Part shown: piece after piece, positions 32,422-40,454 of the stretch
Layout of the letters: each line of letters starts with the position of its first letter
How positions within the stretch are numbered: the first letter of the stretch is position 1
Notes under the pieces: model-generated
Told to the model about the DNA's origin: nothing
The model's database searches: none
What the model saw: the letters and a program-made list of their open reading frames with translations, nothing else
Assembly: GCA_977017575.1 (NCBI GenBank)
Contig: CDRNVI010000018.1
Span: forward strand, 124,001-188,000
DNA from: Paramoeba atlantica
Taxonomy: Eukaryota > Protista > Discosea
Direction: 5' to 3'
DNA: 64,000 bases
Translations under genes and position numbers: made by a program

Positions 32422-32426
<5 letters not shown>
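31760..32426 (-). mobile_element. SL-capped short retroposon, copy a
   Basis: Starts with the SL 3' end (A)CCTTGTTG at 32418-32426; two long hairpins; poly(A) tail. Confidence 0.8.
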
Positions 32427-32457
<31 letters not shown>

Positions 32458-33122
32458 TTTTTGGGGGGGGGGGAGTAGTATTGATTCTAATGTTTATATC
32501 TACGTTTCGAACTTTCCACCACTTAAAACCTTTCACCCTACTTCCTTCCTTCCCCTACTTCCGTCCCCTCACCACACTTACTTCCCTTCCCCCACTTACG
32601 CCCTACCGACTGACGTGTCCCTACTGACCGGCTCGTCCGCACTGTGGCCCATGTGGTCCAGGACCTCCGCTCCCACCCCGTTAGCAGTATAAGATACTTT
32701 GAGTTGCCGTACGAGGGTGGGAGACTTGGAGGAGACGAAACGCATAGCCGCCGTCACGCCGAGGGCAAAAAGCGGGAAGAGGGACATGGCGGGACGGACG
32801 CGGGGACAAGGAGAAACGGCGCCCGAGCCCATCGGTCTGGACCTCTGCCCCCACCCCGTGAGCAAGTATACAATACTTTGGGCTGCTGGCACGGGGGTGG
32901 GGGACGCAAGAGAGGAAAACAACAGAACGACAAGCGCGCTTACACGGAAGGTCGAGGTGGGGGGATACGGCGCAGGGGGATGATGGGACGAGAGAGGGAG
33001 GGGGGATGCCGACAAGAAAGTGTGTATTTGAGGGGGGTGCCCTCCCATGGTCTGGAAGATGGTGTAGGGAAGAAAAAGGAAATAATTCAACAAGGTACAG
33101 AAACTGTATCTTTATCGTTAAA
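32427..33122 (-). mobile_element. SL-capped short retroposon, copy b
   Basis: 35 nt of SL at 33088-33122; hairpins at 32848-32903 and 32670-32723; A-rich tail. Confidence 0.85.
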
Positions 33123-33189
33123 TCTTTGTTTTTTTTCTTTTTTTCTTGTCTTTGTTTTTTTTTTTTTTTGTATTTGGTGATCCTGTCCC

Positions 33190-36126
33190 TTAGGGCTTTC
33201 TCTGAATATGACTGCCTACCTTATTAATGTCTCTCTCGATCTTACCTTCGTATCTCTCCACCTTCTCCATCTCAATCTCCTTCCCGCGACTGACAGCATC
33301 CGCCGGGTTCTCATCCGTGGATATATACGCTGCCTTGACACAAATACCTTTCTCCTCTGTCAGTCGCAGGACTTCGCGCAATTCCATTGAAACCCCCTCT
33401 GACTTGGAGATCCTCCTGTTCAGTGCAGCCTGACAGGAGGTGTTGTCAACAAAAACATCCAAGCAGGTTCCACGGGGGCAATGCGCGGAAAACTTCTCGA
33501 GGGCTAAGCGGACTGCTGCAGCTTCCGCACGATTTACCTCATACGAGGAGGACTCAGGCCACGCCTCTCCCGTAATCAAAACCTCTCCGCTGTCTAAATA
33601 CATAATCGCTCCCCACCCTTTCACCGAGGCATCGGTGTAGAGACGATGCTTGTGTGGAACAACATCGGGATGGGGAGGTGGAGACCGTGGAACATTCTCC
33701 AACAACTCGTTTCTCCACTCTGCTAGCATGGAGCGAGTGACGACAGGGAGTGCGACCGGACGGTCACATAACTTCGGGCAACGGTTCAACAAGTTGATAC
33801 GCCGTTGCGCCACCTTCAAAGCGAAATAAAATCGCGGCATATTGAGTCGGAGAACTGCGGAGCCATAAATGAGGCGCCCCACCACCGCCTCTAGGTCAAC
33901 AAAGGAAATGTTGAAGAAAGAGTCGGCTCGCAGTTTCCTGATCACTCGCGGCCCCAGGCAGACCGTATGCGCGTTATGGTCGAACGCCACCCCATTGAAC
34001 ACGTACTGTGCTACAGGGGGCTGACCCCGATCTTTGAAAAGACCGTTCGCTTTGTCGCAACGCTCGTCAATGAACTGAGCGTACGTGGTGGCCTCGGAGT
34101 CGGTTCCTGCAAACCGAACTCCGTCAACATAAACGTCGATAGCGCCTCGGTGAAACGAGTAGCGCTGAGAACAAATCGACGCCTCGCCAGCAATCGCGGC
34201 GGTAACCGTGTGCATAACCTCCGGTGCACACCTATGGCCCATCGGGAGGACGTTCATCTCATACACGTCTCCACTGGTCGTTCTAAGGCGGAATTTGGGC
34301 CGCGCCCTCTTCGGGATACCAATCTGGTAAAACCCGCATGTGAAGTCCCGCTTCACAGCCATCGGCTCGTGCGCCTTATGAAGATACTTGGAGGGATGAT
34401 ATAATGGGACCTTTGGTTCATATGATTTTAATCTATCGTTATCGTCCCTTGTCCATGAAATAAATCTTCTGCGCTGATTGCCCTCATCATCGGTCTCCAC
34501 AACCGTGAAGGGAATCATGAACTGCATCGATGGGCGCTTTCTCAACTCCTGCGCCGGGACCTTAGAGATTATGCCTGCGTCCTCCAACAATCGGACGTCC
34601 GCCTCAGGCAATGAACCTTTCACACTAGGTTCGGGGTACGGGGCTTTAGGTACCCATAATAATTCATCCACTACCTTGCGAAAACGAGTGGCAGCTGACA
34701 GACTCATCCACTCCTTAACCTGATCCAAATGGATAACAGGTATCGACTTCTTAACGTGCAAAGGTAGGTGTGCGTCGTGTGCCTTGGCTAGCCGTGAAGA
34801 GCGGCGTGCACAAACAACGGAGTGCCTGCGAAGGTAAGGCACTTCCTCGAAGCACTTTGCCACGTGCTCCGAGGTTACAGCACTGGGAGACGTGCTGAGA
34901 CTCTCTGCGTCCCGAGAGCCCTTGCCGTTGTAATACTGCTTGCGTTGTAGCGCAACAGTGATTCGACGTTGAGGTGTTTCGTGAGGTTCTGGACGTCCTC
35001 CATCCTGAGATTCCCGAGGGAGATCTCGTGGAATAGGTAAGTAATTGCACCTCTTTTTATGGAATGTGTTCCATACCCCGGACCGAGAAGTTGATTCATC
35101 CTGTGGTCCATCTCCCGGACCGTCGTGTAACACAGGCGCTGGCCTGGTCTCAAACTTCCCACAAACTGAGCCAGTTCGGGTGTCCCCGGTCCAGTCACTA
35201 TCGCGTAGAGGTACGGCCGGTAAGGATTCAGACGGGTTGTCTTGGTCCCCCTGCCCCAATAGATGATTACCTCGTGACTGGCCACACTCACGAACTGCTC
35301 CCGCCTCAGGTCGGCGGTCTCGGTCCATCTCGCAGCGGCTTTCCAACACAGGAGGCAACACATGCTCTCCTTTACGTCGAGATGACGTCTCAGCTTCTTT
35401 AGAAGAAGTGGCGTGATTGGTAGCATCTGCCGCGTGGGTTCTAGCCCCCCCTGCGCCTGCAGGGCCTTTACGTAGAGACTCAATGGGGTACCTTCGATTC
35501 CCATGAGCTCGAACAGAGTCCTCAATGCCCCTGCGTACCCCATGCGCGTCGAGGTAGCGAGAGGCAGAGTCTCCAGGAAGAGCACCGCGTTTGCAGGATT
35601 CGCGGTGATTCCCTTCGCCTGGCAATACTCGCGCAGGCGGAACCACAGTCGCTCCCTTGTGGCCCACGTGGCCGTTGCCCACATGGGCTGGAGCGCCTCG
35701 CCCAACTGGGTGGCGCGAGGATCGTCGGCGGGCATCCTCAGAATGGCCTCGAGCAGCTGCTTGCGGTGTTTTCCTGGCGGCTGTAGAGCGTCGGCGGTTA
35801 CGACGGCGGCGGTTTGGGCGGCGGCGGTTTGGGCGGCGGCGTAAACGGGAACAGGGAACCGAGGTAGAGGTCGGGCCGGGAGCGAGACACTTCTGCGCTT
35901 CAGACGTAACGGGGAGAGAGGGCGGGGAGGAGGAGTAGTGCCACGCACGCGTGGCCGTCTTTCGCGCTGGCGGAGGGACGGAGAGGAAGCAGGGGTAAGA
36001 ATATCCACCCGTCGTCGCCTGGGACGACGGGCACGAGCAGTAGTTGGGGTGGGGGGCATTTCCTAGTGGAAAGCCCGTGTTGCGCCGTAACGGTTGGCGC
36101 CGCCCACCACCCCGCCGCGAAAATCC
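33190..36126 (-). CDS. Pol (RT + RNase H) of A2 (track 33190-35682; frame open from the slippery site)
   Basis: Same motifs as A1; upstream frame checked stop-free. Confidence 0.92.
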   Translation of the reverse strand, partial: GFSRRGGGRRQPLRRNTGFPLGNAPHPNYCSCPSSQATTGGYSYPCFLSVPPPARKTATRAWHYSSSPPSLPVTSEAQKCLAPGPTSTSVPCSRLRRRPNRRRPNRRRRNRRRSTAARKTPQAAARGHSEDARRRSSRHPVGRGAPAHVGNGHVGHKGATVVPPARVLPGEGNHRESCKRGALPGDSASRYLDAHGVRRGIEDSVRAHGNRRYPIESLRKGPAGAGGARTHAADATNHATSSKEAETSSRRKGEHVLPPVLESRCEMDRDRRPEAGAVRECGQSRGNHLLGQGDQDNPSESLPAVPLRDSDWTGDTRTGSVCGKFETRPAPVLHDGPGDGPQDESTSRSGVWNTFHKKRCNYLPIPRDLPRESQDGGRPEPHETPQRRITVALQRKQYYNGKGSRDAESLSTSPSAVTSEHVAKCFEEVPYLRRHSVVCARRSSRLAKAHDAHLPLHVKKSIPVIHLDQVKEWMSLSAATRFRKVVDELLWVPKAPYPEPSVKGSLPEADVRLLEDAGIISKVPAQELRKRPSMQFMIPFTVVETDDEGNQRRRFISWTRDDNDRLKSYEPKVPLYHPSKYLHKAHEPMAVKRDFTCGFYQIGIPKRARPKFRLRTTSGDVYEMNVLPMGHRCAPEVMHTVTAAIAGEASICSQRYSFHRGAIDVYVDGVRFAGTDSEATTYAQFIDERCDKANGLFKDRGQPPVAQYVFNGVAFDHNAHTVCLGPRVIRKLRADSFFNISFVDLEAVVGRLIYGSAVLRLNMPRFYFALKVAQRRINLLNRCPKLCDRPVALPVVTRSMLAEWRNELLENVPRSPPPHPDVVPHKHRLYTDASVKGWGAIMYLDSGEVLITGEAWPESSSYEVNRAEAAAVRLALEKFSAHCPRGTCLDVFVDNTSCQAALNRRISKSEGVSMELREVLRLTEEKGICVKAAYISTDENPADAVSRGKEIEMEKVERYEGKIERDINKVGSHIQRKP
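34875..36059 (-). CDS. Tyrosine recombinase of A2
   Basis: AARWTE, HSIKRGA, KHLNVESLLRY. Confidence 0.93.
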   Translation of the reverse strand: MPPTPTTARARRPRRRRVDILTPASSPSLRQRERRPRVRGTTPPPRPLSPLRLKRRSVSLPARPLPRFPVPVYAAAQTAAAQTAAVVTADALQPPGKHRKQLLEAILRMPADDPRATQLGEALQPMWATATWATRERLWFRLREYCQAKGITANPANAVLFLETLPLATSTRMGYAGALRTLFELMGIEGTPLSLYVKALQAQGGLEPTRQMLPITPLLLKKLRRHLDVKESMCCLLCWKAAARWTETADLRREQFVSVASHEVIIYWGRGTKTTRLNPYRPYLYAIVTGPGTPELAQFVGSLRPGQRLCYTTVREMDHRMNQLLGPGYGTHSIKRGAITYLFHEISLGNLRMEDVQNLTKHLNVESLLRYNASSITTARALGTQRVSARLPVL

Positions 36127-37460
36127 TGTTGCGGGGTGCGCTGGGTACGGAACTGCCCCCCCTGCTGTTGGGACGATTGGGGGCAGTTCGATCGTAGGTG
36201 GCCTGGCTGATGGCAGCCAAAACAGAAAGGTCCTTGGCTGCGTCGTCGGGGAGCACGCGTAGCGGTTCGGCCCCTCAGTTGCTCGTCAACCACAAGCTGA
36301 CCGTAGCGGTCCTGAGGGTCGTCGTCACGGTGCAAACGCTGTTGCACACGTTCGACAGCAACGCCCGCCGCAGCCCAATAATGGTTGCGAAGCTCTTCGA
36401 TGATGAGAAGGGCTACGGCGAGGTTGTGCTTCTCTAGCCAACCCTCTGTGTTGCGCGCAGCGTAAACCCATTCAGTCAACATTTTGAACAGGCGCTCACG
36501 CTGCGGCGGAGGGTTGAAGCGTACCCCAAGCTGCGGAGCTTCGCGCAGCTCACGGATGAGTTCACGTGGCTTGAACAAATCATCCGTGTCGATCCACGGT
36601 TGCCAAGTAACCGGATCGTAGGGGGAGAAGCCTTTCGGGTCCGTAATACGGACGCGTTCAAACGTGGGGATCAGATCTTCAACTGGTTTCCCACCCGGCA
36701 TCTGCGCCCGAACATGGGCCAGTTCCAAAGAGTGGTAGTTGATCTCGGGATGGGGAAAACGGTAGGCAGTGTTCTTGTCCCCATCCCACTCGGCGAACAA
36801 CTCAGTTGAGTTAGGGTCCTTTGGATGCGTCATATGCACCAACCCTATAACCGTCTGCCGTAGGCCATCCCGGGGAAGAGACCATACAGCTTCAGCGGTG
36901 ACCTCGTAGTCTTTGCGCAGAAGCTCAATCACTTTCGTGATGAATTCTTCTTTGCTAGATTGTGTCATGATCCCACGCGCATCACAGCGTGAACGCTGAG
37001 GCATCCCGACGTGGTCAAGGTCGAGGGCCTCGTAACGGCGCGGCGAGCGAGAAGCCTCAACCTGGTCGGGGTTGAGGGTTCCTCTACGTCGAATATGGGG
37101 CTCCGGAGCCTCCAGCGGAAATGGATACGGGCTAGGGAGGGAGCTCGCCGGCAAACTGGGGAGGTTAGAAGGGAGAGGGCTAGGCGGTTCGCGGGCGGGG
37201 CTGAGTGCTCTTCCTGAAGGGCGTACCTTGCGCCGCGCCGGTCCAGGGGTAGGGGGAACAGGAGGAGGTCGCGCGGATACCTGCGGAGCCGGTTGCGTGG
37301 GGAGAGGAGGGAGAGGGGGGCGCACGGGAGGACATGAAAGAGACTGGCGTTTGGAAGCAAAAGAGGAGGTTTCAACGGGTGTTGGCGCCCGGTCACGCTT
37401 TGGAGAGCGATCACGGTCCTGGCTCGGCTCCTGAGGAGCCCGCAAACGTTGGGATCTCAT
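36063..37460 (-). CDS. Intact Gag of A2 (465 aa)
   Basis: Pro-rich N-terminus, beta-rich domain, helical region, CFGCHQPGHLRSNC. Confidence 0.93.
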   Translation of the reverse strand: MRSQRLRAPQEPSQDRDRSPKRDRAPTPVETSSFASKRQSLSCPPVRPPLPPLPTQPAPQVSARPPPVPPTPGPARRKVRPSGRALSPAREPPSPLPSNLPSLPASSLPSPYPFPLEAPEPHIRRRGTLNPDQVEASRSPRRYEALDLDHVGMPQRSRCDARGIMTQSSKEEFITKVIELLRKDYEVTAEAVWSLPRDGLRQTVIGLVHMTHPKDPNSTELFAEWDGDKNTAYRFPHPEINYHSLELAHVRAQMPGGKPVEDLIPTFERVRITDPKGFSPYDPVTWQPWIDTDDLFKPRELIRELREAPQLGVRFNPPPQRERLFKMLTEWVYAARNTEGWLEKHNLAVALLIIEELRNHYWAAAGVAVERVQQRLHRDDDPQDRYGQLVVDEQLRGRTATRAPRRRSQGPFCFGCHQPGHLRSNCPQSSQQQGGQFRTQRTPQQDFRGGVVGGANRYGATRAFH

Positions 37461-38789
37461 TGGGATCTCACAAAAACTTAAAGCGAAGTAAATAACAACC
37501 TAACAAGGATATATAAGATAATAGTAAATACCCAGCCCATGTAAAATTCGGAATACAAATCATAATTCGAAGAAACTATGTGCCCCTAAGGGCCAGCAGG
37601 CAAATACATAACAGCCCCTCGGCTAAATTTCAAAACGTGGACTATTAATCTCCTGCAAGAGAAGTATGAAATCGTTTTCCACCTTGCTGGGCTCAATAGA
37701 AATCTTTTCCGCCAGAAGCCGTAGCAGCTCCCGAGTTCGGGCGTGCAATGAGCCACTTGACAGCACCGGTAAACAGGCGAATTGCTCCTCGGCGAACATA
37801 TTCGATGAGACGTATTTGGTGTTTTTCCGCGCGATCGCATCTTTGATTGCCTTCGCCGGTGTTGTTCCCGCAAGAGATGGTGCCAGATCGTGTACGACGG
37901 TGAGATCATAGAAGATTTCACCTGTCGCCCAATAAATAACCAAATCGGGCCCTGAACGGTGTAGCGTGCTGCCTTTGCATGTCGCAATGTGCTCTCGCCG
38001 ACGTTCTTCTCGGATCACCTCGGAGCATGATGTGCACACATATGTGGAGAATTGCCGTGGCTCTAACTCACAAGGAATACCCGCACGCAGACACATATTA
38101 TGAATATAGCGTACTAGTGCGTTGTGCTTTACCGTTGTATTCATTCCCGCACATCGGACGCAACCCGGAATATGTGTAAGGGCAGTGGCACTGTTTAGAA
38201 GAACTCTGCATCCGGGGCAGGTGAGAGATTCGGGAAGACGTGGATGGCCCATTCCCAGGCGGGGCATTACTGCTAAGGTGAATTTCCGCGACGGCACGAG
38301 TCGCTCGTTTGCTTGTATCCATGTATAACTACCCTTCTTCGTTGTAGCGTCCATGATTCTTGCAAATTTCTTGTTCTTCCGAAGGCGCTCCTTCACTTCT
38401 TTGTGCATCTTGACTTCGACTGCCGTCATCTCAGCGACAGGTGCAGTGTCCGACTCGCTAGGCGTGACTTGAGCTGAAAGGAATTTTGGCTGCTCAAAAG
38501 CCACACTGCGCGACGCCTGGTACGCGGCCGCTCGGAGTGCATCAGTAGAAGGCAGGCCCAGCCCACCCATACGAAGGGGAAGCCTTGCCCAGTCCAGTTG
38601 ATCTTGCGTCATTGGTCCGAACCATGTCTTCAGAACTTTCTCAACTTCGCCGTCAAACTCCTTTGCCATCGCTTCAGAGGAGTTCGGTGTGTGTGTGCGA
38701 ATATGAAAACGATGACGAATGTTAACACATTTAGAGAGCAGGATAGTAGATACGTTGCTCGCTCCCATCTGACTTAACCGACGGAAAAT

Positions 38790-39467
38790 TGTTTAGTTCG
38801 GGGCAAAATTGTTCAGTGTTCGGGGCAGAACGCTACCGTGAAGCACAATCGTCTCGTCAAATACCTCTTTGACCTAAGTCAAAAGTCAGGGATACCTTGC
38901 GAACGTGAACCTAGGGCCTTCAGTTCCTGGAAGTGCGCCACATGTAAAGTGGCTGTGAATCCGGAAAACAGGGGAATTCATGAGAAGACATGCTCAGGGC
39001 GGCAGTTATTCAGGTCAGGCCCTGACCTCGTGATTTATTGGTCAACAGGCGAACTGTTTTACGACCTTACAGTGATTCACGAGCTTGCGCCGTCGAACAT
39101 TAGTAAGACATGCGCGAACCTGGCAAAAGAAGCAATAAAACGGAAGCATCAAACATACGTAGAATCAGGAAAGATCCCTGACGTAGCTTTCCAATGCTTG
39201 CCGGTTTTTTCTTGCGGATCCTTGCATCAGAACACCCGATTCCTCATCCATGCTTTGGCGGACGCTGCGTGCCTTGATCGCCACAGAACAGAGAAGGAGT
39301 TTAAATTACTGTTGCAAGAACAAAATGGGCTCGAAGTGTATGCGCAGCTTCGTAGTCACCTGGCCGACAGGAAGGTGCAAGAATTAAGTGTTTAGTGTGA
39401 TAATCATAATCTATTAATGTCCTTTATTAAGACCTTCACCTTTAAAAAAAAAAAAAAAAAAAAAAAA
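38790..39467 (+). mobile_element. 5'-truncated CRE-like 3' end with poly(A)
   Basis: KHNRLV, SGPDLVIYW, YDLTVIH; A24 at 39444-39467. Confidence 0.88.
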
Positions 39468-39532
39468 GTTGGACTCCATACATAAAAAGTTAGACCCAAT
39501 ACTATTCCCCCCAATTATTTGCAAAAAAAAAA
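39468..39532 (+). mobile_element. 65-bp 3' tip of the short retroposon
   Basis: Reverse complement of about 31788-31845 (gttggactccatacataaaaagttagac...ttatttgc) plus poly(A). Confidence 0.8.
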
Positions 39533-39555
39533 GGGGGTTTCTACTCGCGAGCTCA

Positions 39556-39884
39556 AAAACCATTCTCGGAGGCATTTCTCCTGTGAAATCCTATAAGCTC
39601 CCTACAGCAGGAAGCCACGTAGGAGAATGAGAAATGTGCTCCTTCCCCCCTTCTCTCAATTTTCGAAGAGAAACTATCTCCGTATAAAATAGAAAATATA
39701 TAATATTTAGATGTTTTTTTTTTTGACCGAACCATTCTCGGAGGCATTTCTCCTGTGAAATCCTATAAGCTCCCTACAGCAGGAAGCCACGTAGGAAAAT
39801 GAGAAATGTGCTCCTTCCCCCCTTCTCTCAATTTTCGAAGAGAAACTATCTCCGTATAAAATAGAAAATATATAATATTTAGAT
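39556..39884. repeat. About 157-bp duplication of the CRE-L 3' UTR
   Basis: accattctcggagg...atatttagatg at about 39556-39713 and 39728-39884; a third copy at about 44595-44740. Confidence 0.88.
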
Positions 39885-40454
39885 GTCAACGGATATTATC
39901 TCTCAGCTATTTCACCATTATAGAATATTTCTAAAATCTATTACTTGTCTTCGAGGTGCTCCCGAAGTTGGGAGTATACCACGAGGCCGTTGAAGTTTTG
40001 CAACAGTAGCTTGAACGAGAGTTCCGTCTCGCGGGCGTTCAGAAGACAAGCGTCTGCCAAGGCTCTGATCAGATTGCGTGTGTTCGCGTGTAGTGATCCG
40101 GAGGACAGAATCGGAATGCATTGGAACGATTCTTGGGCGATCATTCCCGTTGCGACGTAAGTTTCCATTTTGCGATGAATGACGTCACGGATCAATTGAG
40201 AGCTTTTCTTATTTATGTGGGAAGGTGTCATCTCGTGCACGACGGTAAGATTTTGCCCAAGAATCGTTCCAATGCATTCTTTTTTTTTGGCTTATCACGA
40301 GAGTTCGTAATACATGATCTTTTTTAAGTCTGGACACGTCATTCTTTCCATTGACGCCAAAAATGCCTTCAACTTTTAAACAAAACAAACAAATCATATC
40401 TCATAATATAAATATTATGTGCCCCCAAGGGCCATTATATCAATCATCCTAAAT

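Larger units (their letters stand above)
30919..37647 (-). mobile_element. VIPER-like family A copy 2, all three ORFs intact
   Basis: B2 30919-31151, A2 31176-31354, B1 31355-31587, A1 about 37470-37647; no TSD. Confidence 0.92.
30740..38768 (-). mobile_element. CRE-2 fragment split by copy A2 (30740-30918 plus 37648-38768)
   Basis: Rejoins as caggagat^gaatgg (LLQEMNG), identical to the uninterrupted copy near 30350-30370. Confidence 0.88.

Noticed and set aside
38760-38840. Twin-priming inversion at the head-to-head CRE junction
   Set aside because: The two sides cover the same region but are diverged, so they are separate truncated insertions.
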